Source: Geodermatophilus sp. DF01-2
GTDB taxonomy: Bacteria; Actinomycetota; Actinomycetes; Mycobacteriales; Geodermatophilaceae
Length of the DNA: 50,080 nt
NCBI RefSeq assembly: GCF_004571065.1
Contig: NZ_SPQN01000020.1
Coordinates: forward strand, 1 to 50,080
Direction: 5' to 3'
The notes below the pieces were generated by a model. The model ran no database searches, was not told the DNA's origin, and worked only from the letters and a program-made list of their open reading frames with translations. The first letter of the stretch is position 1. Every line of letters starts with the position of its first letter. This document shows positions 24,974 through 34,312 of the stretch, in pieces. Position numbers and translations under genes: made by a program.

Positions 24974-25312
24974 ATGGCCCTGCCGCAGCTGCTGCTCCGG
25001 CTGGTCGACCCGGCACAGGCGTACCTGGACCGGCACTCCCCGACCGCTCGGCGGTGGGGACCGCTGCTCGAACGAGCCGTGGACGAGCTCTTCGGAAACG
25101 GCAGCACGACGCTGCACCTGGCCGATCGGACGGTGGAGGCGCGGGTCGTCCGGTTCCGGCGCGAGGACTCCCTCGTGCACACCGTGCCCCCGGGCCCGGA
25201 CGGCGGCGGGCAGTCGCTCTCGCGCATCAGGCGAGATCCGGGTCGCGCCCGTCCCGACGTCCTCGAGCGCGTCACCGCGGCCGCAGGACCGAGGTACGAC
25301 ATCCGGCGCTGA
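24974..25312 (+). CDS. Hypothetical protein (112 aa).
   Basis: ORF with varied composition and no motif recognised. Confidence 0.3.
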   Translation: MALPQLLLRLVDPAQAYLDRHSPTARRWGPLLERAVDELFGNGSTTLHLADRTVEARVVRFRREDSLVHTVPPGPDGGGQSLSRIRRDPGRARPDVLERVTAAAGPRYDIRR

Positions 25313-25430
25313 CCAGGGAGAACGGCGAGCGCGAGGGGCACCGAAGCGGCGGTGGCGAGGGACACGGGCCCCCCGCGCCGAGCGCGCTCCACGAAGCATG
25401 TAGAGTTCTCGCTGCCCCCGGCGAACACGA

Positions 25431-25503
25431 GCCCCCATCGTCTAGCGGTCCAGGACGCCGCCCTTTCAAGGCGGTAGCACGGGTTCGAACCCCGTTGGGG
25501 GCA
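25431..25503 (+). tRNA. tRNA-Glu (anticodon TTC).
   Basis: GCCCCCATCGTCTAGCGGT... with anticodon loop CTTTCAA and T-arm ACGGG-TTCGAAC-CCCGT. Confidence 0.85.
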
Positions 25504-25517
25504 CAGCACCACAGCAA

Positions 25518-25591
25518 GGCCCTGTAGCGCAGTTGGTTAGCGCGCCGCCCTGTCACGGCGGAGGTCGCGGGTTCGAGTCCCGTCAGGGTCG
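25518..25591 (+). tRNA. tRNA-Asp (anticodon GTC).
   Basis: GGCCCTGTAGCGCAGTTGGTTAGCGCG... with anticodon loop CTGTCAC and T-arm GCGGG-TTCGAGT-CCCGT. Confidence 0.85.
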
Positions 25592-25614
25592 CTCTCCGGT
25601 GGAGACACCGGGAG

Positions 25615-25688
25615 GGGCAGGTAGCTCAGTCGGTACGAGCGCTCGCCTGAAAAGCGAGAGGTCGGCGGTTCGACCCCGCCCCTGCCCA
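25615..25688 (+). tRNA. tRNA-Phe (anticodon GAA).
   Basis: GGGCAGGTAGCTCAGTCGGTACGAGCG... with anticodon loop CTGAAAA and T-arm GGCGG-TTCGACC-CCGCC. Confidence 0.85.
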
Positions 25689-25770
25689 CACATCCCCCGC
25701 GCAGGCCACCGCACCGGCCGGGCAGACTGCCGGGGTGACCGAACTCCCCACCACGCTCGCCCCCGGCGGC

Positions 25771-26213
25771 ATGGCCGTCGGACTGCGGCGGGCGACGACG
25801 GACGACGTCCCCGTGGCCCCCTCCAGGGCACCGCCCCGAGCTTGCGAGGGGTGGGGAGGAGGGGGTCCTTCTGCTACCGCCGGGCCTTCGCCGCGATCGA
25901 CGCCGATCCCGCCCAGCTGCTGCTCGCCGTCACGTACGGCCAGGACGTCGTCGGCACGATGCAGCTGACCGAGATCCCAGGGCTGTCCCGGGGCGGGGCG
26001 ACGCGGCTGGAGGTCGAGGCCGTGCGGGTGCGGTCCGACCTCCGTGGGCGCGGCATCGGCGCGGCCGTCCTCGGCTGGACCCGCGACGAGGCCCGCCGGC
26101 GCGGCTGCGGCCTCGTCCAGCTCACCACCGACACCCGGCGTCCGGAGGCGCACCGCTTCTACGAGCGGCTGGGGTTCACCGCCTCGCACGTGGGGTTCAA
26201 GCTGCAGCTGTGA
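25771..26213 (+). pseudogene. GNAT-family N-acetyltransferase with an apparent frame break at an embedded ~64-bp repeat.
   Basis: A GNAT-like N-terminus MAVGLRRATTDDVPVA is in one frame (25771 onward). The GNAT core and C-terminus (LLLAVTYGQDVVGTMQL...RGRGIGAAVLGW...HRFYERLGF) is in another frame ending at 26213. The frames switch inside 25807-25870. Confidence 0.4.
25807..25870. repeat. Copy A of a ~64-bp GC-rich dispersed repeat (gtccccgtggccccctccagggcaccgccccgagcttgcgaggggtggggaggagggggtcctt).
   Basis: Matches 48835-48898 at about 85% over 64 bp; the 40-bp core matches at 37 of 40 positions. Confidence 0.55.
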
Positions 26214-26220
26214 GCGGGTG

Positions 26221-27225
26221 TCAGCCCGACGACAGCCGGTCGGCGGCCACCTGGGCGTACACCTGCTCGTGCACGGCCCGGACGGCGGCGCGCTGTTCGT
26301 CCCGCCAGGCCCGGTCGGCCGGCCGGGGCACCGGCCGGGTGAGCGCCGCGGCGACCGCGGCGTCCAGCGACACGGGATCCAGGCCGCGCTCCTCGTCGTT
26401 GTCGTAGGTCACGACGTCGGACCACTGGTCGGCGAACCAGCCGCAGCTGGGCGCCACCACCCGGGTGCCGACGTCCCGGCAGACCTCCAGGTCCCGGGAG
26501 TGCGTGCCGCAGCACTCGGGCAGGACGACGGCGTGCAGCTCCTGCAGCTGCGCCGCCCAGGAGTCCGCCTTCCGCGGCAGGTACTCCAGGGTGTCCCCGG
26601 CCGCGAAGACCGGTGGCGGCTCGACGTCGTCGTCGAGGAAGACCCGCAACCGCCCGCCGCCGTTCACCGCGCCCGACAGCGCCGCGCGCACCAGGCCCGC
26701 GGGGTCGGGCAGCGCGGAGCACGGGGCGCGCAGCGGCAGTCCGACCAGGCCTCGCTCGGCGCCCAGCTCGGGCAGCGGTTCGACGATCGTGGGGTGCGCC
26801 ACCACGATCGCCGTCCGGCCGAAGCGGGCGGCGATCTCGTCGGCCGCGCCCGGGGTGAGCGTGAAGACCACCTCCGCCGTCGACAGCAGCGCCTCCAGGT
26901 GGGCGTCGTGCCGGCGCCGGGTCGACTGCTCCGGGTCCCGCAGCTGGTGCACGGTCAGGACCAGCGGGACGTCGTTCCGGCGCAGCGTCTCCGCCCAGCT
27001 CACGACCTCGTCCTCCGGCAGGTGCCCGAAACCGGAGTGCAGGTGCACCACGTCCACGCCGTCGGCGTGCGCGGTGAGGTAGGCCGGGTCCAGCCAGGGG
27101 CTGGGGCCCTGCGTCGGCCCCACCCGGACGACGCCCGCCGGCAGCACGGCGTCGACGTAGGGATCCGAGTACGGGACCGCCACCACCCGGATCCCGGGAC
27201 CCTCCGGGGCTTCGGCGGGGTTCAC
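26221..27225 (-). CDS. Hypothetical protein (possibly glycosyltransferase-like; function uncertain).
   Basis: 334 aa from a GTG after AGGAGG; ...IRVVAVPYSDPYVDAVLPAGVVRVGPT...VDVVHLHSGFGHLP... No confident family call. Confidence 0.45.
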   Translation of the reverse strand: MNPAEAPEGPGIRVVAVPYSDPYVDAVLPAGVVRVGPTQGPSPWLDPAYLTAHADGVDVVHLHSGFGHLPEDEVVSWAETLRRNDVPLVLTVHQLRDPEQSTRRRHDAHLEALLSTAEVVFTLTPGAADEIAARFGRTAIVVAHPTIVEPLPELGAERGLVGLPLRAPCSALPDPAGLVRAALSGAVNGGGRLRVFLDDDVEPPPVFAAGDTLEYLPRKADSWAAQLQELHAVVLPECCGTHSRDLEVCRDVGTRVVAPSCGWFADQWSDVVTYDNDEERGLDPVSLDAAVAAALTRPVPRPADRAWRDEQRAAVRAVHEQVYAQVAADRLSSG

Positions 27226-27445
27226 GCGGCGGTACTCCTCCTGCGGCCGCGCACTGCGACGGCAGGGGCGGGACTCCGACGGAACTGGCTCGTGCTGGTG
27301 TACTACCCACCGGCCTCCCATCCAACCCGTGCGGTCACCCGGAGTGCACATGGCCACCCGAACGGGTCACGTCCGGGGAGCCGACCCGGCCGGGCGGTCA
27401 GCCGGAGTCGGCGGCCGCGGACTCCCGGCGCGCGGCCCGGCGCGG

Positions 27446-28147
27446 TCATCCCGCGGCCTCGCGAGCGTCGCGCGCCTCGCGTGCCGCCGCGTAGGCCGGC
27501 GCCCGGAACCGGGCCATCGGCCCGTCGGGGACCAGGTCCGGCGGCGGGTTCCGGACGGCGTCGAAGCGCAGGTCGGGGTCGACCCCGGGGACCGGGCCGT
27601 GCAGCCGCAGCCGGCCGAACGGCTGCCAGGCCCCTGTCCCGCGGGCCGCGGCGAGGGTGTAGGCGAGCCGGCCGGCGCGCGCCGCCGCCACCACCGGCCC
27701 CGGTTCTGCGGTCACCGGCCCGGACGCGGGCCCGGGCAGGGCCGCGAGGAACACCGGCCCGGCGGCCGAGCGGTAGCCCATGATCGAGGTGAACGTGGCG
27801 GCGGCGTCCCTGCGGAGCACCGGGACCCAGCGGGTCAGCCGGCCCCGTCCGGAGGTCGAGAGCAGCAGGTCCACGGGGCTCTGCGGCCCGGGCAGGCGGA
27901 CGGCGAGGCCCAGCAGGTCCGGCAGCGGCGCGGGCAGCCCCGCCCCGCGCGAGAGCCGCACGAGCGCCTCCTGCTCGCCGGCGCCCGCCAGCCAGGGCAC
28001 CCCCCACCCGGCCGGCCCACCGGAGCGCTCCAGCACCGCCTCGAGGACCACGCCCCGCGGGTGCATCGGCTTGCCGCGACGCCACCGGGCCAGCGCACCG
28101 AGTGGGACGGCGACGGCGCGCCCGGCCGTCGCGAGCAGGTCGCTCAC
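27446..28147 (-). CDS. Hypothetical protein (233 aa).
   Basis: GTG start preceded by AGGAGG (VSDLLATAGRAVAVPLGALARW...); varied composition; no family recognised. Confidence 0.45.
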   Translation of the reverse strand: MSDLLATAGRAVAVPLGALARWRRGKPMHPRGVVLEAVLERSGGPAGWGVPWLAGAGEQEALVRLSRGAGLPAPLPDLLGLAVRLPGPQSPVDLLLSTSGRGRLTRWVPVLRRDAAATFTSIMGYRSAAGPVFLAALPGPASGPVTAEPGPVVAAARAGRLAYTLAAARGTGAWQPFGRLRLHGPVPGVDPDLRFDAVRNPPPDLVPDGPMARFRAPAYAAAREARDAREAAG

Positions 28148-28335
28148 GGGCGTCCTCCTGTCGACGGGATGCCGGGCCCATACCCAGTCCGGCGAGCCTG
28201 CGTCCAGCGGTGCCGATCCGCCTGGGACGGATGTGGCGGGTGAGACCGAGTCCGCAGAACATGGCCAACTCCGGCCCCGTGCTCGGTGGACTTCCGCCAC
28301 GTGACACGGAAGAGCCCGGCGCCTACGTTCAGTAC

Positions 28336-28524
28336 ATGCTCACGACGTTCCTGGTGATCGGTGGTGTCCTCGTCGGGCTCGTCGGCCTGCTCGCCCTCAT
28401 CGTGGCGCTGAGCGCCCGCCCGGCTCCCCGGTCGCGCACCGGCAACGGCTGGGTCGCCGACACCGGCCGCCGCCACCCCGACGCCTGGTCCGCGCCGACG
28501 TCGGAGCTCCCGGCCGCCCCCTGA
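28336..28524 (+). CDS. Small single-TM protein (62 aa).
   Basis: MLTTFLVIGGVLVGLVGLLALIVALSARPAP...; locally AT-richer start region; followed by a strong hairpin. Confidence 0.3.
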   Translation: MLTTFLVIGGVLVGLVGLLALIVALSARPAPRSRTGNGWVADTGRRHPDAWSAPTSELPAAP

Positions 28525-28544
28525 TCCGGCGCCCCCTGGTCCGG

Positions 28545-28580
28545 CGTCCCGGCGGCTGCGGGCAGCGCGCCGCCGGGACG
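28545..28580 (+). terminator. GC-rich hairpin (11-bp arms cgtcccggcgg / ccgccgggacg) downstream of the small ORF.
   Basis: Perfect inverted repeat read from the sequence; no clear U-tract. Confidence 0.35.
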
Positions 28581-28688
28581 CTCCGACACCTCCGAGACCG
28601 TTCCCCTGTCCCGGGTCGTCGCCCTGCGCGATGATCGGACCGCGGCCTACCACTTCCCCCGGGTGGCCCCAGGCGCGGCGAGGACGAC

Positions 28689-30725
28689 ATGGCACGGTCG
28701 GACAGGTCAGGCCATCCCCACCCCCGGCTGCGCGCGGCCGGAGGGCTGCTGCTGGCCCTGCCGCTGACCGGGGCGCTGCTCGCCGCCCTGCTGGTGCCCT
28801 GGGTGGTCGGACCGGGCCTGGCCGCCAGCAGCTCGGCCGCGCTGCTCGCCCCGCTCCCGGTCGAGCTGACCGACGCCACCCCGCCCGGCAACACCGCCGT
28901 CCTGGCCGCCGACGGGTCGGTGATCACGTACTTCTACCGGAACAGCCGCACGCCGGTGGGTGCCGACCGGATCGCCGACGTCATGGAACAGGCGCTGGTC
29001 TCGATCGAGGACGAGCGCTTCCACGAGCACAACGGCCTCGACGTCCAGGGCACGCTACGGGCGCTGGTGCGCAACGTCAGCTCCGGCTCCGTCGAGGAAG
29101 GCGGCTCGACGATCACCCAGCAGCTGGTCAAGCAGACGCTGCTGCAGACCGCCGTCACCCCCGAGGAGCGGCAGGCGGCCACCGAGCAGAGCCTGACCCG
29201 CAAGCTGCGCGAGGCGCGGCTGGCCCTCGCGCTCGAGGAGGAGTACTCGAAGGAGGAGATCCTCACCCGGTACCTCAACGTCGTGTACTTCGGCGAGGGT
29301 GCGTACGGCGTGCAGGCCGCCGCGCAGGCCTACTTCGGCGTCGATGCCGCCGACCTCACCCTGCCGCAGGCGGCGATGCTCGCCGGGCTGGTGCGGACGC
29401 CGGCGTCGGACAGCCCGCTGGCCGACCCCGAGCGCGCCCAGGAGCGGCGCAACGTGGTGCTCGAGCGGATGCACGCCCACGGCCACATCACCGACCAGGA
29501 GCTCGCCGAGGTCTCGGCCCGGCCGGTCGAGACCTCCCCGGCCCCCGCGCCGCCCAACGGCTGCGCCGGGGCCGCGCTCGGCGGCTTCTTCTGCGACTTC
29601 CTGCAGCAGTACCTCATCGGGACGCTCGGCCTCACCCAGGAACAGCTTGAGGACGGCGGGCTGACCATCCGCACCACCCTGCGGCCGGACCTGCAGCGCG
29701 CCGGTGACGCGGCCGTGCTCGCCAGCCTGCCGATGGGCGACCCGGTGGCGGTGACGTTCACCGCGGTCGAGCCCGGCACCGGAAACGTGCAGGCGATGAG
29801 CGTCAACCGGGTGTTCGGCTACGACGCCGACGACCCGGCGCAGGAGTCGGTGAACCTGAACGTGGCCGCCAGCAAGGGCGCCGGCTCGACCTACAAGGTG
29901 TTCGTGGCCACCGCGGCGCTGGAGCGCGGCCTGCCGCCCTGGCACACGATCACCACCAGCGATCCCTACACCTCGCGCGTCTACCGGAACGGCACCGATC
30001 CCTACACGGTCTCCAACGTCGGGGACGGCATCCCGCCGACCCTTTCCATGCACGAGGCGATCGTCCGTTCCTCCAACACCTACGTCGTGGCCCTGACGGA
30101 CGAGCTGGGCAGCGTCGAGGGACCGGTCCGCGCCGCCCAGCGGATGGGCCTGTTCTCCCTCGACCCGGTCGCCGACCAGGTCGTCGCCGAGCAGCGCGGG
30201 TCCTTTCCGCTCGGTCCGGAGGCGACCAGCCCGCTCGCGCTGGCCGGCGCCTACTCCACCCTCGCCGCCAACGGAACGCAGTGCGACCCCGTCCCGGTGA
30301 CCGAGGTGCTCGACCGGCACGGGCAGCCGCTGACCCGGCAGGACGGCAGCCCGGTGGGCACCGGCGCCTCGTGCACGCCGGAGGCGGTGTCGCCGCAGAT
30401 CGCGACGACGCTCAACCAGATGCTCGTCGGCGGCACGACCCTGCCCTTCGGCACGGGGCTGCGGGCCGCGATCCCCGGCCACCAGGTCGCGTCCAAGACC
30501 GGCACCAGCCAGGACCGCTTCTCCGTCGCCTTCGTCGGCTACACGCCGCAGTACGCCGCCAGCGTGATGCTGTTCCACCCGACGGCGAACGTGGACGTCG
30601 GCGGGTTCGGCGGCGGGCTGGGCGGCCAGGTCTGGCACGACGCGATGCTGCCGGTCCTCTCGGCCCAGCCGCCGGCGCTCTTCCCACCACCCGGCATCCC
30701 GCTCGACCCGCCGCCGCCCGCCTGA
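28689..30725 (+). CDS. Class A penicillin-binding protein (bifunctional glycosyltransferase GT51 / transpeptidase).
   Basis: SIEDERFHEHNG and TITQQL (GT51); STYK, SSN, KTGT (transpeptidase); N-terminal TM anchor; 678 aa. Confidence 0.85.
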   Translation: MARSDRSGHPHPRLRAAGGLLLALPLTGALLAALLVPWVVGPGLAASSSAALLAPLPVELTDATPPGNTAVLAADGSVITYFYRNSRTPVGADRIADVMEQALVSIEDERFHEHNGLDVQGTLRALVRNVSSGSVEEGGSTITQQLVKQTLLQTAVTPEERQAATEQSLTRKLREARLALALEEEYSKEEILTRYLNVVYFGEGAYGVQAAAQAYFGVDAADLTLPQAAMLAGLVRTPASDSPLADPERAQERRNVVLERMHAHGHITDQELAEVSARPVETSPAPAPPNGCAGAALGGFFCDFLQQYLIGTLGLTQEQLEDGGLTIRTTLRPDLQRAGDAAVLASLPMGDPVAVTFTAVEPGTGNVQAMSVNRVFGYDADDPAQESVNLNVAASKGAGSTYKVFVATAALERGLPPWHTITTSDPYTSRVYRNGTDPYTVSNVGDGIPPTLSMHEAIVRSSNTYVVALTDELGSVEGPVRAAQRMGLFSLDPVADQVVAEQRGSFPLGPEATSPLALAGAYSTLAANGTQCDPVPVTEVLDRHGQPLTRQDGSPVGTGASCTPEAVSPQIATTLNQMLVGGTTLPFGTGLRAAIPGHQVASKTGTSQDRFSVAFVGYTPQYAASVMLFHPTANVDVGGFGGGLGGQVWHDAMLPVLSAQPPALFPPPGIPLDPPPPA

Positions 30726-30738
30726 CCGCCGGGGACGG

Positions 30739-32247
30739 TCACCGCAGGGGCGCGCCCCACTCCGTCTCCCGGCGCAGCACCGGCTTGAGCACCTTGCCGC
30801 CGGGGTTGCGGGGCAGCACCTCCGTGCGGACCGCGACGTACTGGGGGACCTTGAAGTCCGCCAGGTGGGCGCGGGCGTGCTCGAGGACGGCCGCGACGTC
30901 GACGTCGGCCCCCGGCGTGGGGACGACGACGCAGCCGACCTTCTCCCCCATCATCGAGTCCGGCACACCGACCACCGCGACCTCGAAGACGCCGGGTGCC
31001 GCGGCGAGGACGTTCTCGACCTCGACGCAGTACACGTTCTCCCCGCCGCGGTTGATCATGTCCTTGGCCCGGTCGACGATGTAGGTGAAGCCGTCGGCGT
31101 CGATGCGGGCCAGGTCGCCCGTGCGCAACCAGCCCCCCGCGAACGCCTGCTCGGTGGCCTCCGGCTTGTTCCAGTAGCCCTGCACCACGTGGGCGCCCCG
31201 GATGAGCAGCTCTCCCACGCCGGTGGACGGGTCGACGTCGGCCAGGTCGAGGTCGACGACGGGGGCGGGGAAACCGACCGAGTCCGCGTGGGTGTCGGCG
31301 TACTCGTGCGGCAGGAAGGTGGAGATGGAGGAGGTCTCCGACAGCCCGAACCCGTTGCCGACCCGCGCCGACGGGAAGCTGCGCTTGATCGCCTGGACCA
31401 GGTCCGGGGCGATCGGCGCGCCGCCGTAGGTCGCGTACCGGACGCCGCTGACGTCGACGGAGGAGAACTCCTCCTGGCCGATCGCCAGCCAGAAGATCGC
31501 CGGCACGGTCGTGACGACGGCGATCCGCTCCTCCGGGATGACCCGCAGGAACCGCCCGACCTCGAACACCGGCATGACCACCGCCGCCGCGCCGGCCTGC
31601 AGGGTGGGCAGCAACTGGCTGTTGCAACCGGTGACGTGGAACAGCGGGACCGAGATGAGATTGCGCAGCGTCGGGTCCTCGTGCGGCAGCCCCACCACCC
31701 GGCGCGCGTTCTCCACGTTGGTCAGGAAGTTCTCGTGGCTGGTCATCGCCCCCTTGGGGAACCCGGTCGTGCCCGAGGTGTAGAAGATCGCCGCCAGGTC
31801 GCCGCGCCCCAGCCCCTCCTCCACGGTGGGCGCCCCGTCCGGCAGGGACGAGCCCGGCTCGAGCACCACCCGGGCGCCGCTGTCCTCGACGACGTAGCGG
31901 GCCTCCTCGTCGGTGAACCGGGTGTTGACCGGGACAGCGACGCCGCCGGCCATCAGGGTGCCGAGGAACCCGAGCACCCAGTCGACGCCGTTGCCGAGCC
32001 GGATCGCGACCCGGTCGCCACGACCGACCCCGGCCTCGCGCAGCCCGCCGGCCACCCGGGCGGCGGCGTCCCACAGCTCCCGGTAGGTCAGCCGCGGACC
32101 GTCGACCTCGACGACGGCCTCCGCCTCCGGATCCCGCTCGACCGACGTCCGCACCATCGCGACGACGGAGTCGGGGAGGTCGACGTAGCGCTTGACCCCC
32201 GCCGCGTCGCGCTCGATCCCCGCCTCGTCGAAGGGCCGCAGCACCAT
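30739..32247 (-). CDS. AMP-dependent synthetase/ligase (acyl-CoA synthetase).
   Basis: 502 aa; FYTSGTTGFPKGAM (AMP-binding motif), TGDLARIDADGFTYIVDRAKD. The ATG overlaps the upstream stop by 1 nt. Confidence 0.85.
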   Translation of the reverse strand: MVLRPFDEAGIERDAAGVKRYVDLPDSVVAMVRTSVERDPEAEAVVEVDGPRLTYRELWDAAARVAGGLREAGVGRGDRVAIRLGNGVDWVLGFLGTLMAGGVAVPVNTRFTDEEARYVVEDSGARVVLEPGSSLPDGAPTVEEGLGRGDLAAIFYTSGTTGFPKGAMTSHENFLTNVENARRVVGLPHEDPTLRNLISVPLFHVTGCNSQLLPTLQAGAAAVVMPVFEVGRFLRVIPEERIAVVTTVPAIFWLAIGQEEFSSVDVSGVRYATYGGAPIAPDLVQAIKRSFPSARVGNGFGLSETSSISTFLPHEYADTHADSVGFPAPVVDLDLADVDPSTGVGELLIRGAHVVQGYWNKPEATEQAFAGGWLRTGDLARIDADGFTYIVDRAKDMINRGGENVYCVEVENVLAAAPGVFEVAVVGVPDSMMGEKVGCVVVPTPGADVDVAAVLEHARAHLADFKVPQYVAVRTEVLPRNPGGKVLKPVLRRETEWGAPLR

Positions 32248-33233
32248 CAGTACGCCCCCACGTTCTCGAAGTAGCGCCGCGGGTTGGCCACCAGCATGGT
32301 CTCGATCTGCTCCTCGGTGACCCCGTGCTGTCGTAGGTACGGGAGCACCTCCTCGTGGATGTGCGTGTAGTGCCACTGCGGGAGCAGGTCCATGACCCCC
32401 GGCGCGAGCCAGTCGATGTAGCAGGAGGCGTCCTGCGACAGCACCATCTGCTCCGCGTACCCCCGGCGGCACATCTCCACGACGATGTCGGCCCGCGCCT
32501 CGAACGTGGTGTCCAGGTTGATGCCGAACCGGTCCATCCCCAGGACGAAGCCCGCCTCGGCCAGCTCCGAGAGGTGGTCGGCGTCGGTGGTGTCGCCGCT
32601 GTGACCCAGGACGACGCGCCGCGGGTCGACGCCCTCGTCGTCGAGGACCTCCTTGGCCGCCAGCCCCTGCCGGCTGCCGGGGTGCGTGTGCACGGTGATC
32701 GGGACCCCGGTCGCGCGGTGCGCCTTGGCGACGGCGCGCATCACCCGCTCGACACCGGCGGTCATGCCCTGGTGGTCGATGGCGCACTTGAGGACGCCGG
32801 CCCGCACTCCTGTGCCGGCGATGCCGTTCTCGATGTCGCCCACGAACATGTCGACCATCGGGTCGGGCACCTCGGCGCCGACGGCCTCGTTCAGCGCCGG
32901 GCCCCGGTAGTGGAAGAAGAACGGGACGTCGTCGTATGTGTAGCAGCCGGTGGCCACGACGATGTTGAGGTCGACCTGCTCGGCGATCCGCTGGATCCGG
33001 GGGATGTAGCGACCCAGCCCGATGACCGTCGGGTCGACGATCGTCCGGACGCCCGTGCCGGCCAGCTTGCTGAGTTTCGCCACCGCGTCGGCGACCCGGT
33101 CGTCCTCGCTGCCCCACTCCTCCGGGTAGTTCTGCTGCACGTCGGCGTTGAGCACGAAGACGTGCTCGTGCATGAGGGTCTGGCCGAGCTCGGCGGTGTC
33201 GACGGGGCCCTTGACGGTCTGGACCTGGGGCAC
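32247..33233 (-). CDS. Phosphotriesterase-family (PTE/PHP-like) metal-dependent hydrolase.
   Basis: 328 aa from a GTG after AGGAGG; TLMHEHV (His-x-His), ...VHTHPG..., ...LGHSGD... characteristic of the PTE family. Confidence 0.8.
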   Translation of the reverse strand: MPQVQTVKGPVDTAELGQTLMHEHVFVLNADVQQNYPEEWGSEDDRVADAVAKLSKLAGTGVRTIVDPTVIGLGRYIPRIQRIAEQVDLNIVVATGCYTYDDVPFFFHYRGPALNEAVGAEVPDPMVDMFVGDIENGIAGTGVRAGVLKCAIDHQGMTAGVERVMRAVAKAHRATGVPITVHTHPGSRQGLAAKEVLDDEGVDPRRVVLGHSGDTTDADHLSELAEAGFVLGMDRFGINLDTTFEARADIVVEMCRRGYAEQMVLSQDASCYIDWLAPGVMDLLPQWHYTHIHEEVLPYLRQHGVTEEQIETMLVANPRRYFENVGAY

Positions 33234-33250
33234 GGTTCTCCTCCTGGGGG

Positions 33251-34312
33251 TCAGCGGCCGGCGCGGCGCCGGGCGATCGCGGTGGACAGCGCGACGGCGA
33301 TGATGAGCGCCGCGCCGTTGAACGTAGGCTGCACCCAGTCCGCTGCCCCCGCCAGCACCAGGCCGTTGACGCTGACGGCGACGAAGAGCACCCCCAGCAG
33401 GGTGCCGACCACGTTGAAGGTGCCGGGCTTGATCGCCGTCGCCCCCAGGAACGCGGCGGACAGGGCGGCCAGTGTGAACCCGGGTCCCACCGCCGGATTG
33501 GCCGTGCCAGCCCGGGCCAGCAGCAGGACGCCGGCGACCCCGGCCAGGCCGCCGGACAGCACGAAGCTCGACAGGACGTACCGGTCGACCCGCAGGCCGA
33601 CCAGCCGGGCCGAGCCCGGGCTGACCCCGACCGAGGTCAGGTAGCGACCGTACGGGGTCTGCGTGAGGACGTACCAGACGGCGAACGCGACGACGGCGAG
33701 CGTGAAGACCGTCCGCGGCAGCCCGAGCCAGGTACCCGAACCGAGCGCCGTGATGCTCTCGGGGATGCCGATGCTGATGACCTGGTTGGCGGTGTAGAGG
33801 GAGATCAGCCCGGCGACCAGCGTGGCCGTGCCCAGCGTCGCGATGAGCGCGTTGACCCCGATCCGCGCGACGAGCACGCCGTTGAAGAGCCCGACCAGGC
33901 AGCCGGAGAGGACGCCGAGGCCGATCGCCACAGCGACCGGCAGGTCGTGCTCGGCGGCCGCACTCGCGGTGACGATCGAGGAGAGCCCCACCACGGACCC
34001 GACGGACAGGTCGAACTGCCCGCAGGTGAGCGGGATGATCGAGGCGAGCGCGGTGATCGCGATGACCGCCTCGTTGCCGAGGATGTTGCGCCAGTTGGCC
34101 GAGCTCGCGAACGTGCCGCTCGTCGGCTCGTAGACGCTGAAGAACAGGCACAGCAGCAGGAACAGGATCAGCAGCGCGTACCGCTCGACGAACGGCATGG
34201 CCCGGGCGGTCCACGGTGCGGGTGGCCCGGTGACCGGGGTCTCCGACCGGATGGCGTCGCTGTCGGTGGCCGGGACCTGCTCCGAGGTCTCCTGGGTGGA
34301 GCCGGTCGTCAT
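33251..34312 (-). CDS. Sugar ABC transporter permease (ribose/xylose-type, CUT2).
   Basis: 353 aa, ~9 TM helices; the ATG overlaps the ATPase stop (ATGA). Confidence 0.8.
   Translation of the reverse strand: MTTGSTQETSEQVPATDSDAIRSETPVTGPPAPWTARAMPFVERYALLILFLLLCLFFSVYEPTSGTFASSANWRNILGNEAVIAITALASIIPLTCGQFDLSVGSVVGLSSIVTASAAAEHDLPVAVAIGLGVLSGCLVGLFNGVLVARIGVNALIATLGTATLVAGLISLYTANQVISIGIPESITALGSGTWLGLPRTVFTLAVVAFAVWYVLTQTPYGRYLTSVGVSPGSARLVGLRVDRYVLSSFVLSGGLAGVAGVLLLARAGTANPAVGPGFTLAALSAAFLGATAIKPGTFNVVGTLLGVLFVAVSVNGLVLAGAADWVQPTFNGAALIIAVALSTAIARRRAGR

Noticed and set aside
26044-27783. 579-aa plus-strand ORF.
   Set aside because: Spans two real minus-strand genes and an intergenic region; the translation is R/P/G-rich.
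30739-33117. 792-aa ORF-track version of the acyl-CoA synthetase.
   Set aside because: The upstream 290 codons overlap the phosphotriesterase gene in another frame. The true start is the ATG at 32247.
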